Origin: Thermodesulfobacteriota bacterium
GTDB taxonomy: Bacteria; Desulfobacterota; Desulfobulbia; Desulfobulbales; JAGXFP01
Length of the DNA: 64,000 bases
Direction of reading: 5' to 3'
Assembly: GCA_039714535.1 (NCBI GenBank)
Contig: JBDLJC010000001.1
Location: forward strand, 73,059-137,058
Position numbers and translations under genes: made by a program. A model generated the notes under the pieces. The model was not told the origin of the DNA, searched no databases, and saw only the letters and a program-made list of their open reading frames with translations. Every line of letters begins with the position of its first letter. Within the stretch, counting starts at the first letter, position 1. Positions 18,720-29,872 of the stretch are shown piece after piece.

Positions 18720-20039
18720 CTATTTGCCATTGAATTCTGGGTATGCCTCAAGGCCGCACTCATGGATATCGACACCTTTAAGCTCTTCCTCTTCGCTTAC
18801 CCGAATACCCATAACTGCTTTGATGATGGACCAGGCTATCAGGCTGGTACCGAACACCCAGGCAAAAATTACCCCGATACCGGTAAGCTGAGCACCTAAC
18901 GATACTTCCGGATTGGTAAAAGCCACGGCTATCAGCCCCCAGATCCCGACCACGCCATGTACCGAAATAGCACCTACCGGGTCGTCAATCTTTATCTTGT
19001 CTAAAAAGATAATGGACGCGACGACTAGCAGGCCGCCAGCCATGCCGACAAGGGTTGCGACAAGCGGGGTTGGGGTCAGAGGTTCAGCTGTAATAGCGAC
19101 AAGGCCTGCTAGGGCGCCATTTAAGGCCATGGTCAGATCAGCCTTGCCGAACCACAACTGTGAGAGCAAAAGAGCAGCAACCAAGCCGCCTGCAGCAGCC
19201 ATATTGGTGTTGACAAATATCATGGAGACAGCATTTGCTTCTTCAATATTGCTGATCTTGAGCTCGGAGCCGCCGTTAAAACCAAACCAGCCAAGCCAGA
19301 GGATAAAGGTCCCGAGGGCTGCCAACGGCAAGTTGGAGCCCGGAATGGCCTTAACCTTGCCGTTTACATACTTGCCTTTACGGGCACCCAGCAGCAGAAC
19401 TCCTGCTAGGGCTGCTGAGGCACCACAGAGATGCACAACACCGGAACCGGCAAAGTCGGAAAAACCAAGGGTGTCAAGAAAACCTCCACCCCATTTCCAG
19501 TATCCTTCAACAGGGTAGATAAAACCGGTCAAAACAACTGCAAATGCCAGGAAGCTCCACAACTTCATTCTTTCGGCAACAGCGCCGGATACTATCGACA
19601 TGGCCGTGGCCACAAAGACGACCTGAAAGAAAAAGTCTGCCATAACGGAATAATAGGTTTCGCCTCCACTTTTCAGCACAGCGTCAACAGCATTGTCAGT
19701 GCCAAGCCAAAAACTTAAGCCGGGAATAAAACTGTTTGCCCCGTCACCGTACATAATGTTGTATCCTATAAACATGTACATAATGCAGGCGATGGAGTAG
19801 AGCGCGACATTTTTAGTCAGGATTTCAACCGTATTCTTACTTCGGACCAGACCGGCTTCCAGCATAGCAAACCCAGCGGCCATCCACATGACCAGGGCGC
19901 CTGACATGAGAAAATAAAAAGTATCAATTGAATACGCCAAATTAATAAGGGTTTCGCCAACACTGGGTTCCCCCGCTAATGCGGGACTGGCTGAAAAAGC
20001 AGCCAGGGCCAGGGCGAAAAATGATATTTTCCTAAACAT
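18720..20039 (-). CDS. amtB: Ammonium transporter (Amt family)
   Basis: Amt pattern with a signal peptide. The start is trimmed to the ATG at 20039 (RBS aaggagaagg) to avoid overlap with glnK. Confidence 0.9.
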   Translation of the reverse strand: MFRKISFFALALAAFSASPALAGEPSVGETLINLAYSIDTFYFLMSGALVMWMAAGFAMLEAGLVRSKNTVEILTKNVALYSIACIMYMFIGYNIMYGDGANSFIPGLSFWLGTDNAVDAVLKSGGETYYSVMADFFFQVVFVATAMSIVSGAVAERMKLWSFLAFAVVLTGFIYPVEGYWKWGGGFLDTLGFSDFAGSGVVHLCGASAALAGVLLLGARKGKYVNGKVKAIPGSNLPLAALGTFILWLGWFGFNGGSELKISNIEEANAVSMIFVNTNMAAAGGLVAALLLSQLWFGKADLTMALNGALAGLVAITAEPLTPTPLVATLVGMAGGLLVVASIIFLDKIKIDDPVGAISVHGVVGIWGLIAVAFTNPEVSLGAQLTGIGVIFAWVFGTSLIAWSIIKAVMGIRVSEEEELKGVDIHECGLEAYPEFNGK

Positions 20040-20088
20040 TATTCCTTCTCCTTTTAAGTATTTCATGAAAATCTTCATGATGACCACC

Positions 20089-20520
<432 letters not shown>

Positions 20521-20756
20521 TTATGTGGGGGTAGGATGGGATGTTGTGAGGGGAATAACGATATTGTTATTTGTTTAATAAAAAGAATAACGAAAACGTA
20601 ATAAAAGTGGGGGGGCGTGAAAATAATAAGGCAATATCAAGAGGCAAAGACATTCGATTCTGATTGGAGTTGTTTTGCGGTGTAAAAAATAAAAAGAGAA
20701 TCTGGCTGGGCCAGATTCTCTTTGGTTTGCTAAAGTATTTAAGAGAGCTTTAGGGA

Positions 20757-22040
20757 TTAGTCGTCGAAATCTCCTGCTGGGCCTTTGTCGGTATCCAGCT
20801 CTGTGGCCATGGCGACAATCTTGTCGCCACTCCAATCGGCTGGATCTTCGCTCCTTTTGCATTTCGCACCAGGATCGTGAGATTCGGTCTCTAGGATAGT
20901 CTGGATGGCCAGGGGGGCGGTGTCTTCCGCATTGAAGACGTTGACCAGCAGGTTGTAAACGAAGTCCTCGACCCGTTTTGCCATTCGATCTCTGATCGGT
21001 TGGGGCTGGCCCATGATTTTGGGCTCAAAGGGCAGATTCAGTTTTTTGTAATTACCGCCCTGCCAACCCTCTTTTGCCGCATAGTCCTGCATCTCTTGCC
21101 AGAGGGCTTCAGTTACCCCTTCAGACTTAACCTTAATGAAATCGCCGTTACTGTCCAGTTTGGCATTGCCATAATCGTTAACTTCAAGTCCCCAGGAGAT
21201 CATTTGCAGGGCAGTTGCCACGTTGGCCTTGGTTGATTTGGTAGTGGCGGCGATGGCCCGGAGACGGTCTGAGTTGTTGCCGGAGGTGCCGTGCTGGGCG
21301 CCGGAGATCCCGAACGGCGCCAGTTTTTCATGGATCTCACCGGTCAGTTCAACTTGGATGCCCTGGCCACTTGCCTCTATGCCGTGGGTAGTGCCATTGT
21401 TTAAGGCGATCCAATCCGGAAAAATGTCAAAGGCGTTAAGTCCCTTGATCAGGAAGAGGGCTTCCGCTGAGGATGAAAGTCCCTCACTGCCCTTGATTTC
21501 CCCGATCTCGGTCTCCAGGCCTGCCCAATTAGGGATGACCTGGCTCAGGGTCAGGTTGGCCAATAGATTTTTGTCGTCCGGCATGTGGGAGGCATCGATG
21601 GCAATGGAGGTGATGCCGGCTTCGAAGATGGTGGGGATTTCAACTTTGGCGAAATCCAGATCTTCCTCTTTCTTGATCCCGTAATGATCGGCGTGAATTG
21701 CAACCGGCACCGTGATCTCCATTTCATTGCACAGGGCGTCGACCTGGCGGGCTATGTTCCAGTAATTGACGGCGCAATAGGCATTTGCTCCACCTTCGGA
21801 ACGGGCTATTTCGATGATGATCGCGGCGTTGGCCCGTTGGGCTGCCAGCAGGGCGCCACGGATAACCAGATGGCTGCGGCCATTAGCGGCGATGGTCATG
21901 GCCTTGCCCTTGGCAAGCATGGCCCGGTCAATCACCTTGCCGCTGACCAGCAGGGCCTGGGAGTTGGGGAAAAGTTTAACAACGTTGGGTGGTCGCCCGA
22001 TCTCCAAGGCCTTTTTGAAATCTGCCGACATCTCTGACAT
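20757..22040 (-). CDS. fba: Class II fructose-bisphosphate aldolase (long form)
   Basis: 427 aa with class II aldolase metal and substrate motifs IHADH, DASH and HGTSG. Confidence 0.8.
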   Translation of the reverse strand: MSEMSADFKKALEIGRPPNVVKLFPNSQALLVSGKVIDRAMLAKGKAMTIAANGRSHLVIRGALLAAQRANAAIIIEIARSEGGANAYCAVNYWNIARQVDALCNEMEITVPVAIHADHYGIKKEEDLDFAKVEIPTIFEAGITSIAIDASHMPDDKNLLANLTLSQVIPNWAGLETEIGEIKGSEGLSSSAEALFLIKGLNAFDIFPDWIALNNGTTHGIEASGQGIQVELTGEIHEKLAPFGISGAQHGTSGNNSDRLRAIAATTKSTKANVATALQMISWGLEVNDYGNAKLDSNGDFIKVKSEGVTEALWQEMQDYAAKEGWQGGNYKKLNLPFEPKIMGQPQPIRDRMAKRVEDFVYNLLVNVFNAEDTAPLAIQTILETESHDPGAKCKRSEDPADWSGDKIVAMATELDTDKGPAGDFDD

Positions 22041-22242
22041 ACCGATCCTCCATATGGAAATTTTGAATATGTTTAATAATCTCGAAGCTTAATTGCGCTA
22101 TAGATTGTCCGATTAAAAAACGTGATTACGGTTTCGATCATTTTGTTTAAACATGATACTATAACCGGGTTCCAGGAATAAATAAATTCTCAATAACTGC
22201 AAATTCTTTGTTGGGTGAGATGAAATTTGGTTGGAGTAAGGA

Positions 22243-23238
22243 ATGAATGACATAAAGTTCAAGGCGCTGGTGGTCAGGGAGGATGGCGCGGGTGGTTATC
22301 GGCGAAAGGTTGAAGAGAGAACCTTGACAGATTTACCGGCTGGCGAAGTCCTTGTTCGGGTTGAATATTCGTCTCTTAATTATAAAGATGGTTTGTCGGC
22401 CATTGGCAACAGGGGTGTTACCCGAAGATATCCCCACACTCCTGGAGTTGATGCGGCCGGGCGAGTGGCGGAAAGCATTGACGCCCGTTTTCGGCCCGGT
22501 GACCCGGTCGTGGTTTCCTGTTATGGGCTGGGGATGAATACCGCCGGCGGTTTCGGTCAGTATATAAGGGTTCCGGTTGGTTGGGTTATGCCGCTGCCGG
22601 CAGGACTGACTGCTCGGCAGAGTATGATCTACGGGACCGGCGGTTTTACCGCCGCCCATTCGGTCTGGAAACTTATCAAGCAAGGGGTGCGGCCGGAACA
22701 GGGTAAGATTCTGGTAACCGGTGCGACCGGCGGGGTCGGCTCGTTCAGTGTGGCCATTCTGGCCAGGGAAGGTTTCCAGGTTACTGCCGTGACCGGCAAG
22801 GAAAGCGCCCGCCAATTCCTGCTGGATCTCGGGGCGGCAGAGGTTATCAGTCGCGACCAGGCCATTGATGCCAGCGGCAGAATGATCCTTAAAGGGCGTT
22901 GGGCCGGGGTGGTGGATACCGTGGGAGGCGAAATGCTGGCCACCGCCATCAAGTCGACTCGCTATGGCGGGGTGGTGACCTGCTGCGGCAATGTCGCCGG
23001 GCCCGAATTCAATGCCAGTATTTTCCCTTTTATCCTGCGAGGTGTTACTCTTCTAGGGATTGATTCGGCCGAATGCCCCATGGCCTTGCGCGAGCAGATT
23101 TGGCAGCGGCTGGCCACCGACTGGAAACTCACCGGTCTCGATGATATCTGTACCGAGATTGGCCTTGACGGGATAAGTGAGGCCATTGACCGGATCCTGG
23201 AAGGGGGAATCAAGGGACGGGTTCTGGTGAATCTGTAA
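22243..23238 (+). CDS. YhdH/AcuI-family NADPH-dependent quinone/acrylyl-CoA oxidoreductase (MDR superfamily)
   Basis: YSSLNYKD, the GATGGVGS Rossmann motif and the 331-aa length are typical of YhdH/YhfP. Confidence 0.8.
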   Translation: MNDIKFKALVVREDGAGGYRRKVEERTLTDLPAGEVLVRVEYSSLNYKDGLSAIGNRGVTRRYPHTPGVDAAGRVAESIDARFRPGDPVVVSCYGLGMNTAGGFGQYIRVPVGWVMPLPAGLTARQSMIYGTGGFTAAHSVWKLIKQGVRPEQGKILVTGATGGVGSFSVAILAREGFQVTAVTGKESARQFLLDLGAAEVISRDQAIDASGRMILKGRWAGVVDTVGGEMLATAIKSTRYGGVVTCCGNVAGPEFNASIFPFILRGVTLLGIDSAECPMALREQIWQRLATDWKLTGLDDICTEIGLDGISEAIDRILEGGIKGRVLVNL

Positions 23239-23240
23239 AC

Positions 23241-23462
23241 CTGATGGCGTCGCAGCTAAGCGAAGACTGCGAAAACTATCCAAAGGGCATAGAAATCCGA
23301 TCTCCTGTGTCGTAGCGAAGTATGACTTCGCCGCCGCAAGACCACCACTCCTCAGAGTCTACACTTACCTGTATATCGAGGTTTTCAAAGGTCTCGCTAT
23401 GCGCTCGCTATCTACTTAACCATATTTTAAGTGGTACGATGGATCTTTGTGGAACCATCACA
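23241..23462. repeat. Copy B of the dispersed MITE-like repeat
   Basis: Contains ctgatggcgtcgcagctaagcgaagactgcgaaaa, aaatccgatctcctgtgtcgtagcg and the core cctcagagtctacacttacctg (23350..23371). Confidence 0.7.
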
Positions 23463-23563
23463 CTTGAAGTGAAACGAAAAATGAGGCATAAACAGTAATT
23501 CTTTTTCCCCTTCGATCTTCGATCGTAGTCGGTGGAACATATTATTGATATATATCATCTGTT

Positions 23564-24748
23564 ATGAAATTTAAGACTGATCCATACTTGATTGAGATGC
23601 GTGAGTTGCTGGACGGCCGGGAGGACAAGATCCTTTCTCCGCTTGCGACCAAGAGCCGCGATGCCGTGCGTCGTAATCAGGAAGAAAAGGCCGGGCATCG
23701 CCAGAATTTTTCGGTGGACACCGACCGGATTCTTAACTCTCGGGCCTACACGCGTTATATCGATAAGACCCAGGTTTTTTATATGATCGCCAATGATCAT
23801 ATCACCCATCGGGTTCTCCATGTCCAGTTGGTTTCTAAGATTGCCCGGACTATTGGGCGGTTTATGGGCTTGAACGAGGATTTGATCGAGGCTATCGCCC
23901 TGGGCCACGATATCGGCCATCCGCCGTTCGGCCATGACGGAGAAAAACTTCTGTCCGAGTTGTGTGTGGAACATGGTCTGGCCCCGTTTCACCATAATAT
24001 CCAGTCGGCGGTTTATCTTGACCGGATCGAAAGGGACGGGCGTGGCTGGAACTTAAGTCTGCAGACCCTGGATGGAATCCTCTTCCATGACGGGGAAATT
24101 CATAGTGATGAACTACGGCCGTTCAGGACGCGTGATTTTGTCATGCTTGACGGGGTGATTGAGCAGGTCGTTGATATGGTGCCAGCGGAGCAAACCATGC
24201 CGATGACTTTGGAGGGCTGCCTGGTCAGGCTATGTGATACTATCGGTTACATTGGTCGTGATATTGAAGATGCAATCGAACTGGATCTGATCTGTCGGGA
24301 TGATTTGCCGAGCCCTTGCACCGAGGTTCTCGGTAATTCCAATGGCACTATCGTTTACCGTCTGGTCGCCGATCTGATCAAAAACGGTTGCCAGGAAGAC
24401 AGGATATTTTTTAGCCCCGTTATTTCCGCAGCCTTAAAAGACCTGAAAAAATTCAATTATGAGCAAATTTATTTGGATCCTGTTATAAAAAGAGGCTTTG
24501 TTGACATAAAGAACTGTTATCGGACACTTTTTGAGTCTTATCTTGATGATTTGCAACATGAACATCGAAAATCGGTGATCTTTACCGAATTTCTTGAGCG
24601 AATGGAAAAACATTATCTGGCAGAAAATTCGGCAGCAACAATGGTTCGGGATTTCATTGCCGGAATGACGGACAATTATTTTATGGCACAGGCGGTTATG
24701 GCCGGTTGTAGTATTCCCTCGAAATTACCACGCCCCTTGGTAGATTGA
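23564..24748 (+). CDS. dGTPase-like dNTP triphosphohydrolase (HD domain)
   Basis: DRILNSRAYTRYIDKTQVF, H..HV..V and LGHDIGHPPFGHDGE match the dGTPase family. Confidence 0.8.
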   Translation: MKFKTDPYLIEMRELLDGREDKILSPLATKSRDAVRRNQEEKAGHRQNFSVDTDRILNSRAYTRYIDKTQVFYMIANDHITHRVLHVQLVSKIARTIGRFMGLNEDLIEAIALGHDIGHPPFGHDGEKLLSELCVEHGLAPFHHNIQSAVYLDRIERDGRGWNLSLQTLDGILFHDGEIHSDELRPFRTRDFVMLDGVIEQVVDMVPAEQTMPMTLEGCLVRLCDTIGYIGRDIEDAIELDLICRDDLPSPCTEVLGNSNGTIVYRLVADLIKNGCQEDRIFFSPVISAALKDLKKFNYEQIYLDPVIKRGFVDIKNCYRTLFESYLDDLQHEHRKSVIFTEFLERMEKHYLAENSAATMVRDFIAGMTDNYFMAQAVMAGCSIPSKLPRPLVD

Positions 24749-24749
24749 T

Positions 24750-26579
24750 TTGCAAAACAATGAAAAAACATCGATGACGGGTGCGGTTCTGGATTCGAGA
24801 ACCTTTAACTACTCAATTTTTGGCCGACTCAAGAAATTCCTGCCCGGGGAAAATTCGCTGATGGTGATTATTGCCTCGGCCATTGGTTTGTCGGCCGGTC
24901 TGGCCAATATCGTCTTCAGAACAGTAACCGATTTCGTCCATGAAACGATCTTTGTGCCCGGTGAGGCGATCGTTCACCTGGGTGGCTGGCATATCCTGCT
25001 GCTGCCGTTGATTCCCATGACCGGGATGGTCCTGCTTATTCCCCTCTCCTTAATGTTTCCCGGCAAGGTTAATGGTTACGGTTTTACCAAATTCCTCAAG
25101 AAAGTGAATCTGGAAGGCGGTATTATCAAGTTCAGGAATGTATTCATCAAAATCTTATCCACTGCCCTGACGATTGGTACCGGCGGCTCGGCTGGGGTTG
25201 AAGGCCCGATTGCCCAGGTCGGCGGCGCCCTTGGTTCCCAAGTTGGCCAGTTTTTCCGGGTTTCCGGGGTCAGGATGAAGGTCTACGTGGCCGCTGGTTG
25301 TGCCGGTGGGGTAGGGGCCATGTTCAATGCCCCCATTGCCGGGGTATTCTTTGCCTCTGAGATTGTTCTGCTCGGCACTTATGAAATGAAATCATTCTCG
25401 GCGCTGGTCATTTCCTCGGCGATGGCTACAGTTGTCTCCCGGGCCTATTATGGAGAGTCGCCAGCTTTTCCCATCCCCGCTTATCACTTGGTTAATCCGC
25501 TGGTCGAGATACCTCTCTATATTCTGCTGGGGATCATTATCGGTGTCATAGCTGTGATGCATATCCGCGTTTTTTACGCGATTCGCGACCGGTTCGCCGA
25601 TTTGAAACTGCATCCCCAGGTAAAACCGATCTTTGGCGCTTTCCTGGTCGGTTCTATGGCCATCTTCTTTCCGCAGATCATGGGCGATGGTTACCATTAC
25701 ATTGAGAAAGTGCTGTCTGGTCATGGTCTGGTCAGTGTGATGCTGGCCCTGGTTCTGATGAAGATTGTCGCCACGGCGATTACCCTTGGTTCCGGAGGGG
25801 CTGGGGGTGTTTTTGCGCCGGCCCTCTTTATCGGCGCGGTGATTGGCGGCGCCTTTGGCGGTGTCGCCCATGAGTTGCTGCCGACCTTGACCGCTAATCC
25901 CGGCGCTTATGCAGCGGTAGGGATCGGGGCCTTCCTGGCTGCTGCAACCCACGCGCCGGTTACCGCAATCTTCCTGCTTTTTGAGATGACCGGCAATTAC
26001 CTGATCATCATTCCAATCATGCTTTCCAGTGTTATTGGCACGGTGGTGGCTTCAAAGCTTAACCATGATTCCATCGATACCGTAGATTTTAGCCGTGAAG
26101 GTATTGATATCCACGAGGGTATGGAAATGGCGATTATGAAGTCGATCAGGGTCGGCGCGGTGATCAGTGAGGATGTCGATTTTATCAGCGAAAAAGCCAA
26201 TATCGATCAACTGCTCGCAATCTTCCGGATGGCTGAGCACAGTTTTTATTTCCCGGTGATTGATGAGAGCGGCCGGATGACCGGCATTATATCCATGCAG
26301 GATGTTAAGTGGATTCTCCATGACGAAACCCAGCGGATGGAAGCGCTGGTCGGTAATGTCTGTTCCCGAAAAGTTCTGGTTCTTACCCCGGATGACAATC
26401 TTCACACCGCTATGAATCTCTTCGATTTGAAAGGAATTGAGGAGATTCCGGTGGTTGAGGCCACCGATAATCGCTGGGTTGTCGGGATGCTGAGAAGGCG
26501 CGACGTTTTAGCCCGCTACAATCGTGAAGTACTCAGCAGGGGCATTGGCGAGAAGAAATCGCCGGTGCAGATGCGATAA
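24750..26579 (+). CDS. ClC-family chloride channel/antiporter with C-terminal CBS pair
   Basis: GSGIP-like selectivity motifs GGSAGVEGP and GGAGGVFAP plus a CBS tandem. The start is TTG 24750 or ATG 24774. Confidence 0.85.
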   Translation: MQNNEKTSMTGAVLDSRTFNYSIFGRLKKFLPGENSLMVIIASAIGLSAGLANIVFRTVTDFVHETIFVPGEAIVHLGGWHILLLPLIPMTGMVLLIPLSLMFPGKVNGYGFTKFLKKVNLEGGIIKFRNVFIKILSTALTIGTGGSAGVEGPIAQVGGALGSQVGQFFRVSGVRMKVYVAAGCAGGVGAMFNAPIAGVFFASEIVLLGTYEMKSFSALVISSAMATVVSRAYYGESPAFPIPAYHLVNPLVEIPLYILLGIIIGVIAVMHIRVFYAIRDRFADLKLHPQVKPIFGAFLVGSMAIFFPQIMGDGYHYIEKVLSGHGLVSVMLALVLMKIVATAITLGSGGAGGVFAPALFIGAVIGGAFGGVAHELLPTLTANPGAYAAVGIGAFLAAATHAPVTAIFLLFEMTGNYLIIIPIMLSSVIGTVVASKLNHDSIDTVDFSREGIDIHEGMEMAIMKSIRVGAVISEDVDFISEKANIDQLLAIFRMAEHSFYFPVIDESGRMTGIISMQDVKWILHDETQRMEALVGNVCSRKVLVLTPDDNLHTAMNLFDLKGIEEIPVVEATDNRWVVGMLRRRDVLARYNREVLSRGIGEKKSPVQMR

Positions 26580-26776
26580 TTTCGGGGAATATAGCCGAGC
26601 AATTTTGGGTAAAACACATAGCTGACCTGACAATTTTAAAACCCAGGTTTTAATCAAGACGGTCATTCTTGCTGTTTTAATGATCAGAAAGAATCATAAA
26701 TCTAGACAGACTTATTGTGTTGGCAAGGTATCGAGAATAAAATAATGAGAGTCTGCAGATATCAGCTCAAGGCTTG

Positions 26777-27538
26777 TCACGCCAAGCGATATACAACCGG
26801 CACCACCAGTTCGGCTCTGACAGGTGGACAAGGATAAGGGGCGGCCTTTTTTATAGTGGCGATAGCGTTTTTGTCCAGGGCGGCAAAGCCGGAACTCTCG
26901 ACAATATGCACGTCCTGGATTTTGCCATTTTTGCCAACCACAAAACTCACGATTACTCTCCCTTCCCAGCCCATTCTCCGGGCAATGCGTGGATAAGAAA
27001 TGCCTTTTTGGATATTGTCTTTAATATCGTGAAAGTTTGCTTTAACGTAGAGTTCTTTTATCAGGCCCTTTTCTGTGGAAGGCGTGTTTGTAGCACTGGC
27101 TAACTGGCCACCATGACTTTCTGTTGTAGGTGTCGGGGCCGACGCTGTTACTGTTTCAGGTAAAGGGGTGACTTGGGCCTCATCTATTGTTTCTTCAATG
27201 ATATTTTCTGCTACAGCCTCATCATTAGTCACAGGTTCCGGTTCTTGGGGGATCTCTTTTTCGGCAAGAAGTTCGGTGGGTTGGGTTGGAACCGAGACTT
27301 TTTTAACTATAGGCACTATCGGTGTTTTTGCCGCAGGTTTAAGGGGGGATGGCGCTTTTATGGCCGGAGAGCTCGGGGTAATTTGTTTTTGTGGGGCACC
27401 AGGCTGTTCCACCAGGCTGAAATCAATAATCTTCGCTATATTGGCTGTTGGCGAAAGGCTGCCCATTGACATGAACGAGCAGAGGATAGCCCCATGCAGA
27501 ACAAATGAGATGCCAAAGCCCTTAACGTTATTTCTCAT
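26777..27538 (-). CDS. tonB: TonB-family energy transducer
   Basis: N-terminal TM segment, a Pro-rich linker and a C-terminal TonB domain (YPRIARRMGWEGRVIVSF...). Confidence 0.8.
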   Translation of the reverse strand: MRNNVKGFGISFVLHGAILCSFMSMGSLSPTANIAKIIDFSLVEQPGAPQKQITPSSPAIKAPSPLKPAAKTPIVPIVKKVSVPTQPTELLAEKEIPQEPEPVTNDEAVAENIIEETIDEAQVTPLPETVTASAPTPTTESHGGQLASATNTPSTEKGLIKELYVKANFHDIKDNIQKGISYPRIARRMGWEGRVIVSFVVGKNGKIQDVHIVESSGFAALDKNAIATIKKAAPYPCPPVRAELVVPVVYRLA

Positions 27539-27915
27539 ATCGTCGCCTCGGTCTGCAAGCTCACTTTGCTAAAACCCAATCCCTTCACCAGATCCATCAC
27601 CTCCACAAAAAGCTCCAAGGCAATGGATTTGTCTGCCCGGATCATGATGGGTGTTTTTCTGTCGATTTTTTTCAAGTCCCGGCGCAGCTCTATAAGGCTT
27701 GCTGATTGTGCGTCCAGATAGAGCCGCCCCTGTTTATCGATCTCAACGGTTGCAGTCTGCAAAGGGGGGGCTGTGGAGCTTGTCGCCTTGGGCAATTCAA
27801 CGGGGATGGCCCCGACGGCAATAAAGGTTGAGGTGGTCAGGACGATGGTTAGGAGCACCAGCATCACATCGACCAGCGGAATGATGTTTATGGAGTCAAA
27901 CCCGCTCTCGTCCAT
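27535..27915 (-). CDS. exbD: ExbD/TolR-family protein
   Basis: INIIPLVDVMLVLLTIVL. Overlaps tonB by 4 nt. Confidence 0.85.
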   Translation of the reverse strand: MDESGFDSINIIPLVDVMLVLLTIVLTTSTFIAVGAIPVELPKATSSTAPPLQTATVEIDKQGRLYLDAQSASLIELRRDLKKIDRKTPIMIRADKSIALELFVEVMDLVKGLGFSKVSLQTEATI

Positions 27916-28330
27916 CGTTGATCTCCCATTGCATGATCAGGACCTTTATTTTCCTGAGCAGCAGGTTGTAGATAATGACCGCTGGAATAGCGACCAGAAG
28001 GCCAACGGCGGTGACCTTTAAAGCCAGGGCCAGGCCGATCATGATCTTGTTGCTATCCATGAAACCGCTTTTACCCATGGAGTAAAAGGTCAGCATGATC
28101 CCCAGGACCGTTCCCAGCAAACCGATATAGGGGGCGCTACTGCCGATGCTGGCAATCAGGTGAATCTTGTGGGTTAATTCAAGTTCCAGGCTTTTTTTGT
28201 CGTTGAAATCCTCGATTCTTATTTTTTTAAGCAGCAGAAATCTTTCAATCCCGATACTGATCGCCATAAAGCTCATCACCAGCAGCAGACCGATAATCCC
28301 GTAGTCAATTGCATATTTAAGCCAGTTCAC
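27896..28330 (-). CDS. exbB: ExbB/MotA/TolQ-family proton channel (short form)
   Basis: SSAPYIGLLGTVLGIM motif and 3 TM segments. Confidence 0.85.
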   Translation of the reverse strand: MNWLKYAIDYGIIGLLLVMSFMAISIGIERFLLLKKIRIEDFNDKKSLELELTHKIHLIASIGSSAPYIGLLGTVLGIMLTFYSMGKSGFMDSNKIMIGLALALKVTAVGLLVAIPAVIIYNLLLRKIKVLIMQWEINDGRERV

Positions 28331-28956
28331 TATTGAATTCCCCCATATATTATATTAGCTCCCATCAGGATCATGATCGTCATGGCTATGCCCTGGATGA
28401 TCGGCATGAATTTTTTTACTTCCTGTCTGAGTTTCTGGGAGACCAGAGATAGACTGCCACCGACGAGAAGTAATGGTGAAATGATAATTCCCAGACCGTA
28501 AAAGAGTCCGAAGCCCATGCCGGTCACCATTGAGCCCTGCCCGGCGGCCAGAGTCAGAATGGCGAGCACTGGTGGACAGGGAACCAGGCTGGTTGCTGCA
28601 CCCAGGGTCAGGAGTGAGGCCCGTTTATTACTCTGGTTGCATTTTTTCTGGCAATTCTTCTTGGCGACAAATGGTATTGAGATGGCCACCCCGATTAAAA
28701 TAAGGCCCATCGCCCAAGTATGGACTGGGCTATAGGTCAGTTTCTGGCCAAGATAGCCGGCCAGGCCGCCGAGAAACACGTAGCAGCATATTTTGCCAAG
28801 GCCAAAGGAGAGTGAACTTAACAGTCCATCCAGAAAACCATCGCCGGTGCCCAACAGATATGGGCCAAGATAAGATAGGCAGGTCATGCTGCAGACCGTG
28901 GCGCCATAGAAAAGACCCAGGGTGAAGAGACCTGCTGCATCAAATTCAACCATTGG
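28330..28956 (-). CDS. DsbD_2/UreH-like polytopic membrane protein with Cys motifs
   Basis: Six or more TM segments with VCSMTC and VPCPP motifs. The start is uncertain, 28956 or 28977. Confidence 0.45.
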   Translation of the reverse strand, partial: PMVEFDAAGLFTLGLFYGATVCSMTCLSYLGPYLLGTGDGFLDGLLSSLSFGLGKICCYVFLGGLAGYLGQKLTYSPVHTWAMGLILIGVAISIPFVAKKNCQKKCNQSNKRASLLTLGAATSLVPCPPVLAILTLAAGQGSMVTGMGFGLFYGLGIIISPLLLVGGSLSLVSQKLRQEVKKFMPIIQGIAMTIMILMGANIIYGGIQ

Positions 28957-29872
28957 CCGCTGCTCCCAGATAGTCAAAGGTCTCTCTGGCGATTAGCGCA
29001 GCGCCCAGGGCGGTGGTCATTTGCGGGAATTCCGGCACTACCACCTTGCGCATTAACTCAAATTCCAGGGCCTCAATAAGGCCAGCATTTAAGGCCGGGC
29101 CGCCATCAAAAAACACCGTGTCTTCAATGCCGACTCTTTTGGCCAGCCTGGTGACCCGCCGGGCAATGGAGTAATGGATGCCAGCCACCAGTTCCTCTCT
29201 GCCGTGACCGTTGGCCAGTAAACTGATTATCTCCGATTCGGCAAAGACGGTACAGGTGCTGTTAATGGTCAGTGGCACCCCTTTGGCCTGCTTATGGCAG
29301 CCGCCCAGTTCCGATACATCCATCTCCAGGTTGCGGGCCGTCATTTCCAGAAACCGGCCGGTGCCGGCGGCGCATTTATCATTCATTGTAAAGTTTTTTA
29401 CGTGTCCTTCCTGGTCCAGGCCAATGACTTTGAGATCCTGGCCACCGATATTGATAATGGTCTTGACCTGGCCGGATTGCTCTGCCGCCTTGTTGGCGCC
29501 CATGGCATTGGCGGATATTTCACTGATAGATTCATCCGCCTCTTTAAAGAGCTTGCGGCCATAGCCGGTTGAAAAAATATAGACCACCTCCTGGCGGTCT
29601 ATTTTTTCCCGGGCCAGGAGACCCTCAAAGGCGGCCAGGGTATTTTTATGGAAGTGACTGCCGGTTGGCTGGTAGTCCTGGGCCACGACCTGGTCGCGGG
29701 CATCGGTTAAAACGATCTTGATAGTGGTAGAACCAACATCGATCCCGGCAAAATAATTGCAGTTCCCTGCGGCAGACCGCAGGGGATCTCCGTATGTAAG
29801 GTTGTGTTTATCAGATTCGCTCACTAACCCCGCAGCCTGCAGCGGGGATTGCGTTTCGCTTTGCATGTTCAT
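28946..29872 (-). CDS. BadF/BadG/BcrA/BcrD-type ATPase (CoA-enzyme activase)
   Basis: FAGIDVGSTTIK, the Cys ligand context DKCAAGTGRFLE and GGPALN. ASKHA-fold activase pattern. Confidence 0.8.
   Translation of the reverse strand: MNMQSETQSPLQAAGLVSESDKHNLTYGDPLRSAAGNCNYFAGIDVGSTTIKIVLTDARDQVVAQDYQPTGSHFHKNTLAAFEGLLAREKIDRQEVVYIFSTGYGRKLFKEADESISEISANAMGANKAAEQSGQVKTIINIGGQDLKVIGLDQEGHVKNFTMNDKCAAGTGRFLEMTARNLEMDVSELGGCHKQAKGVPLTINSTCTVFAESEIISLLANGHGREELVAGIHYSIARRVTRLAKRVGIEDTVFFDGGPALNAGLIEALEFELMRKVVVPEFPQMTTALGAALIARETFDYLGAAANG

Noticed and set aside
20575-20862. A 95-aa ORF in the glnK/fba intergenic region, together with N-terminal ORF extensions such as 2670..2765, 20040..20168, 35231..35350, 40876..41034 and 41987..42055.
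   Set aside because: These stretches have no RBS and an arginine-rich or odd composition. In the extension cases, a better internal start with an RBS and a signal peptide is available. Some of the extensions would also overlap neighbouring genes or repeats.
23564-24748. The dGTPase-like HD protein as a possible dNTP-depleting anti-phage gene.
   Set aside because: It has normal composition and a housekeeping neighbourhood (oxidoreductase, ClC channel). No defence or mobile genes are adjacent. It is most simply a housekeeping dGTPase-family enzyme, and the sequence alone cannot distinguish the two roles.
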